47,369 nt of DNA from Parcubacteria group bacterium GW2011_GWD2_38_12 (GTDB lineage: Bacteria; Patescibacteriota; Minisyncoccia; GWC2-36-17): positions 1 to 47,369 of the forward strand of contig LBUA01000003.1 of the NCBI GenBank assembly GCA_000992345.1, written 5' to 3'. The notes under the pieces were generated by a model. That model ran no database searches and was not told the DNA's origin. It was given only the letters and a program-made list of their open reading frames with translations. Positions 26,107 through 36,043 of this stretch are shown piece after piece. Made by a program: the position numbers and the translations under genes. The first letter of the stretch is position 1, and each line of letters begins with the position of its first letter.

Positions 26107-29100
26107 TGGTTATTATATTAAGGAAAATATTTTTTATTGTAACGATTGCGATTTTAACAATCGGAGGTTTATTTTTATTTTCTCAAAATAGCAAATCTTA
26201 TGATGACCAAACAACTCACCCAGGTATAACCGATGAAATTGTAGATTTTTATAATCTTTATTTCGATGATAGATTAACCAATGAAGAAAAAGAATTGATA
26301 GTGCAGGGGTCAATTGATGAAGACACGCCCCCAAGATGGATAAACCATTTTTATGATCCGACAAACGGCGACGGGTGGAAATCTGAGAATTTGGGCAATG
26401 TGTCATCTGGAACATTAAAATTGTTTTCAAAAATATTTTTCAATGTAAATACGGAAATTGTATCTTCAAAAAACTGGGCTCACAATGAAGTTTTGCAATT
26501 AAAATATCAAGATTATGGCGGTAATCGCACCTGGGAAAACGCCATAAGAAGATATGTAAATGGCGATAAGGAGTATGCTTATAAAACTCTTGGACACATC
26601 CTACATCTATTAGAAGATAAAACTGTGCCAGATCATACCAGAAATGATACTCACGCGCACGAAGGAGACGGTTTAACTAAAGATGGTGGCAGTCCCTATG
26701 AGGATTATAGTAGTGGCTGGAATAGATGGAATTTAACTATTGCGCAAACTTTAGGCAAAGAAAATAAATCGCCGGTAATTTTAAATTCTATTGATGAATA
26801 TTTTGATTATTTGGCCAATTACTCTAATCAATATTTTTTTAGCGAGCATACGATAAATTCTGAAAAATATGGCAATCCAAAGATTTTAAGAGAAGATAAG
26901 AATTATGGATATGGGAAAGATAAAAATGATCAGGAGTTTGTGTTGGTTAAAAAATATGAAGCTTGGAATAAAGATAAAAAACTATATGAGAAAATATATA
27001 CATTGGAAGATAACGATAATTTAGTTTTATCTTCCTATTTCTCTCGTCTCTCCAGCGAAGCGGTATTAAACGGTGCTGGAGTAATAAAACTTTTTAAAGA
27101 AGAAGTTGCCAAAGCGGAAAAAGACAAAAACTTAATAAAAGATGAGCCAAAAATAAGTTGGTGGCAAAAAATGAGATCGCCATATTATGGATTTATTTTA
27201 CCGGTATATGATTCAGTAATATCAGTTTCAGATACTATTGGAAACATCTTCTCCCAACCCCAACAAATCAGCCCAATGGCTTTCGTCGCTAATATCGGGC
27301 AAGTTGCGGAAAACTTGACTCAAAATACTGTTGATGAGCAGGGGCAAGAATCAAGAATTGGGAATCAAGAATTGGGAATGGAATCAGGAATTATCGGATC
27401 AAAAACAGGGATAGAAACAGAAGGAGTAAGTATAGAATCAGAGCCAGTAGAATCAGAGTCAATAAGCGCGAATCAAGAATTGAGCAATAATGACAAGATT
27501 GAAATAATCCATGCGCCATATCAACGGCCAATTTCTGGGGAGATTATTCATGCTCCATATCAAGGTAATAATAGCGGCAGTATTGGCAACTCCGTAAGCA
27601 ATGAGAGCGGTGTTTTTATGCCAACTGGCCAATATCAAAATATATATATTCATTCTCAACCGCCAGATGAAAATAATGTTGATGATCAAGCGCCATTAGA
27701 TCAATTAAGCGACACTGTTCCCATAATAGTTGGTAATGATGCGCCGGATATTAATACCGAGCAATCACAAAATGATACAGAGGTGGCGGCGCCAGATGTT
27801 TTAGAACAGAATCAAGAATCGGGGATAACAAATCAAGAAGAAGAAAATCCAGGGCCAGTCGAAGAAGAATCAGCGCCCCCAACCCCAACTTTGCCGGATA
27901 TCGATTTTTATCTCACCGATTACAATGTCCGCAACTTTAGCTTTACTTTGAATTGGGAGGATAAAAACAGCGTTATTAAAAATTGGGAATTGCAATATAA
28001 ACTTGCGCCGAATTTTGATTGGCAAGATTTAAATTTTCAAAATAATGTTGCTTCTCCTGATGAAGGAAGCGCGGATTTTGTTGCTTTGTATGACGACCTG
28101 ACTTATTATTTTCGTTTGCATGGCAGTAGCGCAGATACAAATAGCGCTCAAACCGATTGGCAATATTTACAAGCTGATATTTCCTCAAAACCGGTGGTGA
28201 TAAATGAAATTGCCTGGATGGGGACAAAGGCGGATTCCAGTGACGAGTGGATTGAACTTGCCAATAAGACTAATCAAGAAATAGATTTGACTGGTTTAGT
28301 TTTGAAAACAACAGACGGAATTATTGATGTAAATTTAACTGGAAAAATTGCTCCCCGCGGTTTTTATTTGCTTGAACGAACAAATGATGATCCTGTTGTG
28401 AATATTTTAGCCGATCAAATTTATAAAGGAGCGTTAACAAATAGGCAATATTCAAATGAGCCGGGGCAGAATTTAATATTGATTGATGCAGAAAATAATA
28501 TGGTAGACAGTGTTTGGACATTATATGTCGGAGACAATGACAGCAAAAGAACTTCCGAGAGGGTTAATATTTGGTCCAGTAGTATATTTAAAAACAATTG
28601 GCAAAATTATAAGGGCGAAGGGGGCGAAGCGCAAGACGCGGATGGCAATAAAATTCTCGGCACTCCTCGCGCGGCTAATTCCGCTATTGGGATTTATCCT
28701 TTAAATAGCGGTGTTTTTGAAGCCCCGCCGCAAATAACAAAAGATACCATTTTACTGGCTTTAAGAGGCAAATATATAGCTAATGGCCCTATTGGAATTA
28801 ATAATTCCCAAGTCACAATAGAACCAGGCGCCGAATTTGAATTCACAAGTTTTAGCCAATTGCAATTTAGTGATGGCGCAAAATTGATTGCCAAGGGGAC
28901 AGAAAATAGTAAAATAATAATTAACGGGAATGAGGAATATACAAAATTGTATTTTTCCGGCGCCAAGGGAGAGATAGAAAATGTAGAGATTAACAAAGGG
29001 AAAATATCGGCTAATAATTCAATCATAAAAATCAACAAATCAGTAATCAAAAACGCAAAATACGGCCTTTTGATGTTGCAAAATAATTCGGAATTTGATA

Positions 29101-29807
29101 TTTCAAACAGCGAATTTAGCGGTGATAACGGCAGTAATTTTGCAGGAAATCCATATTATGGCCAAGCTATTTTTATTCAACAAAGCCATGGAACCATTCA
29201 AAACAGTGAAATTAAAAACAATCAAAATCATGGAATTTATGTGGATTCATTAGATTCATCAAATAGTCCGGTTGATATTTTAAACAATATTTTCACCAGC
29301 AACTCAACGCCCATCGCCACAAACGGATTTATTAATTTGAATTTAGAGGATAATACAATTGGTGCCGGAAAAGGACTTGCGGTTTATAATCCATTTGTAA
29401 GAGATGGTGAAATTGCGACAATTTCCAATAAAATTCCTTATCTGCTTTATGACAAAGCAAAAGATAATTATTGGTATAAAGTCGGCGATCCGAAAGTGGA
29501 AGCGGGCGGGGTATTGAAAATTGAGCCTGGGGCTGTTATACAGTTTGGTAGCGACAGTTTTCTGAAAGTTTATGGACGTTTGGAGGCGATAGGTACATTG
29601 GATAAGCCAGTAGTTTTTATGGGGCAATGGGATAGCGCTTCCTACGATAATATGATCAGTGATATAAAAGGCGTGGTAAGTGAATCCAGTTATGTTCAAT
29701 TTTATGACGGTTCGGAGGCGGTACTGGAAAATATCATCAGTCGGCAGAAGATTATTGATCAATATAAAAACATATCTTATCAATCATTTTGGCTTGTGAG
29801 AGAGTAG
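26106..29807 (+). CDS. Secreted multidomain protein: Zn-dependent PLC/P1-nuclease-like domain, acidic linker, lamin-tail domain, right-handed beta-helix
   Basis: YDDQTTH, SIDED, INHF, LGHILHLLED, H..ND.H, YE; VVINEIAWMGT...DEWIELAN; IEPGA and I.NS.I.NN..HGI repeats. Confidence 0.75.
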   Translation: MVIILRKIFFIVTIAILTIGGLFLFSQNSKSYDDQTTHPGITDEIVDFYNLYFDDRLTNEEKELIVQGSIDEDTPPRWINHFYDPTNGDGWKSENLGNVSSGTLKLFSKIFFNVNTEIVSSKNWAHNEVLQLKYQDYGGNRTWENAIRRYVNGDKEYAYKTLGHILHLLEDKTVPDHTRNDTHAHEGDGLTKDGGSPYEDYSSGWNRWNLTIAQTLGKENKSPVILNSIDEYFDYLANYSNQYFFSEHTINSEKYGNPKILREDKNYGYGKDKNDQEFVLVKKYEAWNKDKKLYEKIYTLEDNDNLVLSSYFSRLSSEAVLNGAGVIKLFKEEVAKAEKDKNLIKDEPKISWWQKMRSPYYGFILPVYDSVISVSDTIGNIFSQPQQISPMAFVANIGQVAENLTQNTVDEQGQESRIGNQELGMESGIIGSKTGIETEGVSIESEPVESESISANQELSNNDKIEIIHAPYQRPISGEIIHAPYQGNNSGSIGNSVSNESGVFMPTGQYQNIYIHSQPPDENNVDDQAPLDQLSDTVPIIVGNDAPDINTEQSQNDTEVAAPDVLEQNQESGITNQEEENPGPVEEESAPPTPTLPDIDFYLTDYNVRNFSFTLNWEDKNSVIKNWELQYKLAPNFDWQDLNFQNNVASPDEGSADFVALYDDLTYYFRLHGSSADTNSAQTDWQYLQADISSKPVVINEIAWMGTKADSSDEWIELANKTNQEIDLTGLVLKTTDGIIDVNLTGKIAPRGFYLLERTNDDPVVNILADQIYKGALTNRQYSNEPGQNLILIDAENNMVDSVWTLYVGDNDSKRTSERVNIWSSSIFKNNWQNYKGEGGEAQDADGNKILGTPRAANSAIGIYPLNSGVFEAPPQITKDTILLALRGKYIANGPIGINNSQVTIEPGAEFEFTSFSQLQFSDGAKLIAKGTENSKIIINGNEEYTKLYFSGAKGEIENVEINKGKISANNSIIKINKSVIKNAKYGLLMLQNNSEFDISNSEFSGDNGSNFAGNPYYGQAIFIQQSHGTIQNSEIKNNQNHGIYVDSLDSSNSPVDILNNIFTSNSTPIATNGFINLNLEDNTIGAGKGLAVYNPFVRDGEIATISNKIPYLLYDKAKDNYWYKVGDPKVEAGGVLKIEPGAVIQFGSDSFLKVYGRLEAIGTLDKPVVFMGQWDSASYDNMISDIKGVVSESSYVQFYDGSEAVLENIISRQKIIDQYKNISYQSFWLVRE

Positions 29808-29822
29808 GGTATTATGTATAAT
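29794..29822 (+). promoter_or_regulatory. Candidate sigma70 promoter
   Basis: TTGTGA-17-TATAAT. Confidence 0.45.
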
Positions 29823-29882
29823 TCCAAATATCGATGTTCAACCTCGATATTTGGACTATCGAAGTTGAACTTCGATAGTGGG
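29823..29882. repeat. Tandem pair of REP-like palindromes
   Basis: tccaaatatcga-tgttcaacc-tcgatatttgga; actatcgaagtt-g-aacttcgatagt. Confidence 0.9.
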
Positions 29883-29901
29883 ACGCCCCCCCATTTTACC
29901 T

Positions 29902-30615
29902 ATGAATAAAAAGCCATCTTTAATTTTATATGTGGTTTTATTGGTAATTTTAATAGTCGCGAGCGCTGTTTTGTATTGGAAATGGCCGATTTTTGCTGAT
30001 TTTTTTGTTAATCAGCAAAATAATTCAAATATCGAGGTTCAACCTCGATATTTGAGCGAATTGCCGCAAGAGTTAAAAAATATCAAATTCACGGATAAAT
30101 ACCAAAAAGAAGATTATGAAAATGCCATAAAAGCCGAGGAGGATATTAGGAAAAATCCCGATGATTATTATAATTATAATTCTGCTGGGTTTTGGTGGAA
30201 GGGGCTTGGCGATATAACAACTGTCAATAAAAAATTATATTTTAATCGCGTTATTGAGATTTATTCTTTCGCCGGCAAAAAATTTGAAGACAAAAAAATA
30301 TATCAGCCCTATCAGAATTTATCTAATATTTATATTATTTTAAAAGAATATGATAATGCGGAAAAAGCGCTAAAAGATGCCATTATTTTGGCTCCCGAGG
30401 TCGGCGATTTATATATCCGGCTTGCCGATTTATACCAAAATTTAATGAACGCGCCATCGCAAAAAATTATTGATTTGTATGAGTCGGCCTTACATCAAGA
30501 GTCTTATCAGCCGGATGTTATTTATCCCGCTTATGCTCGGTATCTTTGTGGTATCAGCAAGGACAAGGAAGCCACCGAGAAGACAAAACTAAGTTGCGAT
30601 ATATTTAAAGATTAG
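29902..30615 (+). CDS. Membrane-anchored TPR-like protein
   Basis: N-terminal TM; YQNLSNIY....YDNAE.....AI..AP helical repeats; start moved to ATG 29902. Confidence 0.78.
   Translation: MNKKPSLILYVVLLVILIVASAVLYWKWPIFADFFVNQQNNSNIEVQPRYLSELPQELKNIKFTDKYQKEDYENAIKAEEDIRKNPDDYYNYNSAGFWWKGLGDITTVNKKLYFNRVIEIYSFAGKKFEDKKIYQPYQNLSNIYIILKEYDNAEKALKDAIILAPEVGDLYIRLADLYQNLMNAPSQKIIDLYESALHQESYQPDVIYPAYARYLCGISKDKEATEKTKLSCDIFKD
30025..30055. repeat. REP-like palindrome in frame in the TPR gene
   Basis: tcaaatatcgaggtt-c-aacctcgatatttga, encoding SNIEVQPRYL. Confidence 0.88.
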
Positions 30616-30631
30616 CAAAGGCCATCAATTA

Positions 30632-32815
30632 ATGAATTATTTCTTAAGATTTCTTATATTTGCGTCTTTGTTGGTGTTTTTGATACCAGCCCATCTTTAT
30701 CGCGCGGTTTATTTTAATGTCGTCGTAGAAATCTCCCTTTTTATTTATCTGTGGCTTTTGATAAAAAATAAAATAAAGCCGCCAAAATTGTCTTTGATTG
30801 GAGTGGCTTTTTTTGTCTTTATTTTAGTGTCCGCTTTGGCGACTATATTTAGCGTTGAACCAGCAAAAAGTTTTTGGGGCACTCCGGTGCGTTCTTTGAC
30901 CGGGGGCCTATTTATGCAGTTGCATTATTTTGCATTTTTTGTTGTTTTATCCGGAGTTTTTGGCAAAAAAGAAGATTATTTGAAATTATTTAAATATTTT
31001 CTTGGCATAGGCGCCATTATAGAATTTTATGGATTATTTGAAAGGATTTATTTGGAGCAACAGAGAATCGACTCATTGTTTGGCAATCCGATTTATTATG
31101 GAATTTTTTCCATTTTTATTTTATTTATTAGTATTTATTTTTTTGTAATAGAAAATAAAAAAATATATAAGGCTATTTATTTTGTCGTTGTATTGCTTGC
31201 AATCGCAGGTGTTTATTTGTCATCGTCTCGTGGGCCGATTTTGGGATTGGCGGTTTCTTTAATTTTGTGTTTACCATTTTTAATATATTTAGGATTTCAA
31301 AAAATAAAAATTTTTTATCCGAAATTCAATGTTAAAATTGCCATCTTGGGCGCCGCTATTTTTTTGGTTGTCTTTTTGGCAGGAACATATTCCCTATTAA
31401 AGGATAACTATATGATTAAGCGTTTTACTAATCTTGCGCAGGATCAATCAACCATCAATCGCTTGGCGTCTTGGGAAATCGCGCTTAAAGCGATTGGCGA
31501 CAAACCGATATTTGGCTGGGGGCAAGAGAATTTTGAATTGGCTTTTAGCAAACATTTTAATCCAAAATTGATAACAGACAATGTCAGCGAGCTGTGGTTT
31601 GATCGCGCGCATAACAATATCTTGGACATAGCGGTAACGACGGGGTTGGCAGGGCTGTCTGCTTATCTGGCAATATGGTTTGCCTCCGCGATTGCGCTAA
31701 TTCGTTTATATAAACAAGACCGCAAGGCAGAATCGGTGATTTTTTCCATGCTTTTTGCGGCTTATTTTATAAGTAGCTTGACTTTTTTTGATACGCTAAT
31801 TACTTTTTTGCCGCTCATTTTGATTTTAGGATTTTTGCCGTATTTATCAATTAGCGCAAAAGAATTAGAATTAAATGAAAAATTTGGAAAATTATTGCAA
31901 AAAATATTGTTGAAAAATGAAAATCAGCATGTTTTACGGGGGATTGCGATGATTTTGACGATATCTGCCGTGTTTATAAATTTTAAAATCGCAAAAGCAT
32001 CGTCTTATTACTACGAAATTAAGTTTGATAAAAATAAAACATTTAGCAATTTAACGGATTATTATGATAAAATACTATCAATAAATCCAGCGATTTTTGA
32101 AGCAGAAGCGACATATTCTTTTGCCAGAATTATCACTGGTGCAAAAATTGACGACGAAAAGTTGATAGACTATATCCGTCAAACAAAAGAAAAGTTGGAA
32201 AAATTATCTTTAAAAAATAAATATGATATCAAACCACTTTATTACGGAGCGCAAGTTGACTTATTAGATTTTAATTTGAATGGTAATAATAATTCTTTAA
32301 ATAATGCTAAAAATTTATTGGAAAAATCAATAAAAATAGCACCCAATCGCCAGGATCTTTATATGGATCTGGCCCAAATTCATATGAACTTGGGCGATTA
32401 TACCGAAGCAATAGTTTCTATGAGAGCGGCCAAAGATTTAAATATCAAATATTTAAGGCCACAACTTTATTTGAGCGTTCTTCACGCGCTAGATGGTCAA
32501 AATGATTTAGCGGAAACGGAGTTTAAAGCAATATTGGAATCCGGATTCAAATTTGAGTATAAGGATTACAATAATATGATTTTCTTAGCAGATTGGTTTG
32601 CGGAAAGAGAAGATCATTTAATGGCGATAAATTTATTAAAAGATGTGTTAAGATTATATCCAAAAGATATTAAGATAAAAAAGAAGATAGCTTCTCTTTA
32701 TGCTGAGATTAATGATAAAGAAAATGCGATAAAGCAAACGGAAGAAATAATACTTATTGATCCCGCAAGTCGCGAAGAAGCGGAGAAATTTATTAATTTG
32801 ATAAACACTTTATAA
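30632..32815 (+). CDS. O-antigen ligase / O-oligosaccharyltransferase family protein with C-terminal TPRs
   Basis: FGNPIY, SSSRG, R...W, FGWGQENF, DRAHN..LD....G..G; TPR-like tail. Confidence 0.88.
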   Translation: MNYFLRFLIFASLLVFLIPAHLYRAVYFNVVVEISLFIYLWLLIKNKIKPPKLSLIGVAFFVFILVSALATIFSVEPAKSFWGTPVRSLTGGLFMQLHYFAFFVVLSGVFGKKEDYLKLFKYFLGIGAIIEFYGLFERIYLEQQRIDSLFGNPIYYGIFSIFILFISIYFFVIENKKIYKAIYFVVVLLAIAGVYLSSSRGPILGLAVSLILCLPFLIYLGFQKIKIFYPKFNVKIAILGAAIFLVVFLAGTYSLLKDNYMIKRFTNLAQDQSTINRLASWEIALKAIGDKPIFGWGQENFELAFSKHFNPKLITDNVSELWFDRAHNNILDIAVTTGLAGLSAYLAIWFASAIALIRLYKQDRKAESVIFSMLFAAYFISSLTFFDTLITFLPLILILGFLPYLSISAKELELNEKFGKLLQKILLKNENQHVLRGIAMILTISAVFINFKIAKASSYYYEIKFDKNKTFSNLTDYYDKILSINPAIFEAEATYSFARIITGAKIDDEKLIDYIRQTKEKLEKLSLKNKYDIKPLYYGAQVDLLDFNLNGNNNSLNNAKNLLEKSIKIAPNRQDLYMDLAQIHMNLGDYTEAIVSMRAAKDLNIKYLRPQLYLSVLHALDGQNDLAETEFKAILESGFKFEYKDYNNMIFLADWFAEREDHLMAINLLKDVLRLYPKDIKIKKKIASLYAEINDKENAIKQTEEIILIDPASREEAEKFINLINTL

Positions 32816-32870
32816 ATTAAATTTGTTTGATGTTTTGATGCAATATAAGTATACGCATTACTAATATATG

Positions 32871-32899
32871 TTGACTAAATGCGATATTTTTTGTAATTT
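32871..32899 (+). promoter_or_regulatory. Candidate promoter of the glycan operon
   Basis: TTGACT-17-TAATTT. Confidence 0.4.
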
Positions 32900-32935
32900 A
32901 TATTGCATAAAAAACAAATAAACAAAATAAATGAT

Positions 32936-33898
32936 ATGAAAAAAGCATTAGTTGCCGGAGCGGGCGGTTTTATAGGTAGTCATTTAGTCAGAAGATTAAA
33001 AAAAGAAGGTTATTGGGTAAGGGGTGTAGATTTAAAAAAACCGGAATTTAGTATAACAGAAGCCGATGAATTTATCGTTGGCGATCTGCGGGATTTTGGA
33101 GTTTGCAGAAGTGTTTTAGACCAGCCATTTAATGAAGTTTATCAATTGGCTGCCGATATGGGTGGCGCAGGATATATTTTTACCGGAGAGCATGATGCCG
33201 ATGTGATGCATAATTCTGCTACGATTAATTTAAATATGGTTGACCTTGCAAACAAGCATAAAGTTGGCAAGATTTTTTATTCATCTTCGGCTTGTATGTA
33301 CCCTGCATACAATCAAGAGGATCCAGATAATCCGAATTGTTCGGAAGACTCTGCTTATCCCGCGGCACCCGATAGCGAATATGGCTGGGAAAAACTTTTC
33401 AGCGAGCGTCTTTATTTAAGTTATAGCAGAAATTACGGTTTAAATGTTCGCATTGCCAGATTTCATAATATTTTTGGACCGGAAGGAACTTATGTTGGCG
33501 GAAAAGAAAAGGCGCCGGCTGCGATTTGCAGGAAAGTGGCAGAAGCCAAAGATAAAGGATTTATAGAAATATGGGGGGACGGCAATCAAACCAGGTCATT
33601 TTTATATATTGATGAATGCCTAGAAGGAGTAAGAAGACTTATGGAATCAGATTTTATCGGGCCGGTCAATATCGGGTCAGATGAGATGGTGAGTATAAAT
33701 AAACTGGCGCAAATTACCATGGAGGTAGCTGGTAAAAATTTAGAGATAAATCATATTCCTGGACCATTGGGAGTCAGGGGGAGAAATTCAGACAATACTT
33801 TGATTAAAGAAAAATTAGATTGGTCTCCGTCACTGCCATTAAAAGAAGGAATTAAAAAAACTTATGAGTGGATTTCTTTACGCGTAAATAATACTTAG
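32936..33898 (+). CDS. NAD-dependent epimerase, GDP-mannose 3,5-epimerase-like
   Basis: GAGGFIG, LAADMGGAGYI, SSSACMYP, YGWEK, REK-like KEKAPAAICRK, GVRGRNSDN; start moved to ATG 32936. Confidence 0.9.
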   Translation: MKKALVAGAGGFIGSHLVRRLKKEGYWVRGVDLKKPEFSITEADEFIVGDLRDFGVCRSVLDQPFNEVYQLAADMGGAGYIFTGEHDADVMHNSATINLNMVDLANKHKVGKIFYSSSACMYPAYNQEDPDNPNCSEDSAYPAAPDSEYGWEKLFSERLYLSYSRNYGLNVRIARFHNIFGPEGTYVGGKEKAPAAICRKVAEAKDKGFIEIWGDGNQTRSFLYIDECLEGVRRLMESDFIGPVNIGSDEMVSINKLAQITMEVAGKNLEINHIPGPLGVRGRNSDNTLIKEKLDWSPSLPLKEGIKKTYEWISLRVNNT

Positions 33899-33900
33899 TT

Positions 33901-35241
33901 ATGAATAAGATTAAAAAAATATCTGTCGTCGGACTTGGAAAACTCGGATCTTGTTTGGCCGCATCTCTAGCCTATAGAGGATTTGATGTAATAGGATTTG
34001 ATATTAATAATAATTTTGTCAATTCAATAAATAATGGCATAACTCCCGTTGACGAGCCACGATTGCAAGAATTGATTAATAAATCAAAAAAAAGATTAAA
34101 AGCCACGATGAATCCGGAAGATATAATAAATAACTCTCAAGCCACATTTATTATAGTGCCCACTCCTTCTACGAAACGAGGTGATTTTTCTGATAAATAT
34201 ATTCAAGATTCTTTAATATCGTTGGCGCCATTTTTAAAAAATAAAAAAGAACATCATATCTTTGTAATAACATCTACTGTTTCTCCCGGTACGACGGAAA
34301 AAAATCTTATACCCTTAATAGAGAAGTTGTCAGGCAAAAAATTAAATAAAGATTTCAGTGTTTGTTATAACCCCGAATTTATTGCGCTTGGCGATGTTGT
34401 AAACGGTCTTTTGAGACCAGATTTAGTATTAATAGGAGAAAGCAGTAAGAATGTCGGCGATATATTAGAAAAAGTTTATAAAAAGTTTTGTGAAAATAAT
34501 CCTGTTATAGCAAAAATGTCTCTTGTGAGCGCGGAAATCTCTAAAATAGCGTTAAACTCATATGTTACTATGAAAATCAGTTTTACCAACACTCTCGGCA
34601 ATATTTGTGAGAAGATACCCGGAGCGAATGTTGATGATGTGACACGAGCGCTTGGCGCGGACAAAAGGATTTCCCCGTATTATTTGAAAGCAGGCCTTGC
34701 TTATGGTGGCCCATGTTTTCCGAGAGATAATAGAGCTTTTGATTTTTTCGCGAAAAATCACGGCATAGACGCTAAATTGGCAAAAGCCACAGATCGCGTA
34801 AATGAATTTCAGATAGAAAACAAATTTAAAAAAATAAAGAATATTTTAAAAATTCATAAATTTAATTCTATTTCCATTTTGGGTCTTGCTTATAAAATAA
34901 AAACTCCGGTGATTGAAGAATCTCCAGCCGTGAAATTGATAAATTATATTTTGACCAATCACAAAAAAACGAAAATTTGCATTTATGATCCCTTGGCGAT
35001 TAAAAGTGCAAAATCTGTTTTCTCCAGAAAAATATACTACGCCTCATCAATGGAAAAATGTCTTAACTTTTCCCCATTATGGGTTATAGCGACGCCGGAA
35101 CCGGAATTTAAAAATATAAGCGACAAGCATATTAAACACAATCCTACTGTTATCGTCGATTCTTGGGGTATAATAGACGAATCTAATTTCAAAAAGGACA
35201 TAAAATATATCAGGATCGGGAAACACAATGAATACAATTGA
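33901..35241 (+). CDS. UDP-glucose/GDP-mannose dehydrogenase family
   Basis: GLGKLG, VPTP, STVSPG, NPEF, YGGPCFPRD, GLAYK. Confidence 0.93.
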   Translation: MNKIKKISVVGLGKLGSCLAASLAYRGFDVIGFDINNNFVNSINNGITPVDEPRLQELINKSKKRLKATMNPEDIINNSQATFIIVPTPSTKRGDFSDKYIQDSLISLAPFLKNKKEHHIFVITSTVSPGTTEKNLIPLIEKLSGKKLNKDFSVCYNPEFIALGDVVNGLLRPDLVLIGESSKNVGDILEKVYKKFCENNPVIAKMSLVSAEISKIALNSYVTMKISFTNTLGNICEKIPGANVDDVTRALGADKRISPYYLKAGLAYGGPCFPRDNRAFDFFAKNHGIDAKLAKATDRVNEFQIENKFKKIKNILKIHKFNSISILGLAYKIKTPVIEESPAVKLINYILTNHKKTKICIYDPLAIKSAKSVFSRKIYYASSMEKCLNFSPLWVIATPEPEFKNISDKHIKHNPTVIVDSWGIIDESNFKKDIKYIRIGKHNEYN

Positions 35242-36040
35242 AAATGTTAAAAATTATTGGAATGGGAGGCCATGCAATATCAGACATTCCACAAAAGAAA
35301 TAGGTACTAAAGAATATTTTAATGAAGTGGAAGCGAGAAAGTATTTTGTTGAGCCGCATATACTTGATTTTGCACAATTTGACAGATGGAAAGATAAAAA
35401 TGTTTTAGAAATTGGCTGTGGTATCGGCACGGCTACAATCGGTTTTGCCCGCGCTGGCGCGGATGTAACGGCGGTTGATTTGTCTGAAAAGTCATTAAAA
35501 ATGGCTAAAAAAAGAGCGAATATATACGGGTTTAAAAATATAAAATTTTATACTGCTAATGCGGAAGAACTTTCAAAAACAGTGCCGGTGGAGAAATACG
35601 ATTTAATTTATTCTTTTGGCGTAATTCATCACACTCCTCATCCGGAAAAAGTATTTGAGGAAATTAAAAAATATTGCAAACCGGAAACGGAAATAAGAAT
35701 AATGCTTTATTCCAAATGGTGCTGGAAAGTATTCTGGATAATTTTTACCTACGGCAAAGGCAGATTTTGGCAAATAAATAAATTGGTTCCGAGATATTCC
35801 GAGGCGCAAACCGGCAGTCCGATTACATATATTTATTCATTTTGGGATATTCGTAAGTTGATGAAAGATTTTAATATTATGAATATATACAAAGATCATA
35901 TTTTCCCGTATGTTATAGGAAAATACGTAAAATACGAATATCAATATGTTTGGTATTTCAGGTGGATGCCAAAGTTTTTATTTAGATGGTTGGAAAGACA
36001 TTTTGGTTGGCACACCATGATTATTGCAAAATTAAAATAA
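35228..36040 (+). CDS. Class I SAM methyltransferase
   Basis: VLEIGCGIG, YSFGVIHHTP. Confidence 0.9.
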   Translation: MNTIENVKNYWNGRPCNIRHSTKEIGTKEYFNEVEARKYFVEPHILDFAQFDRWKDKNVLEIGCGIGTATIGFARAGADVTAVDLSEKSLKMAKKRANIYGFKNIKFYTANAEELSKTVPVEKYDLIYSFGVIHHTPHPEKVFEEIKKYCKPETEIRIMLYSKWCWKVFWIIFTYGKGRFWQINKLVPRYSEAQTGSPITYIYSFWDIRKLMKDFNIMNIYKDHIFPYVIGKYVKYEYQYVWYFRWMPKFLFRWLERHFGWHTMIIAKLK

Positions 36041-36043
36041 CCT

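Noticed and set aside
25380-30055. Palindromic repeats as a CRISPR array
   Set aside because: Irregular spacing, no unique spacers of constant length, no cas operon
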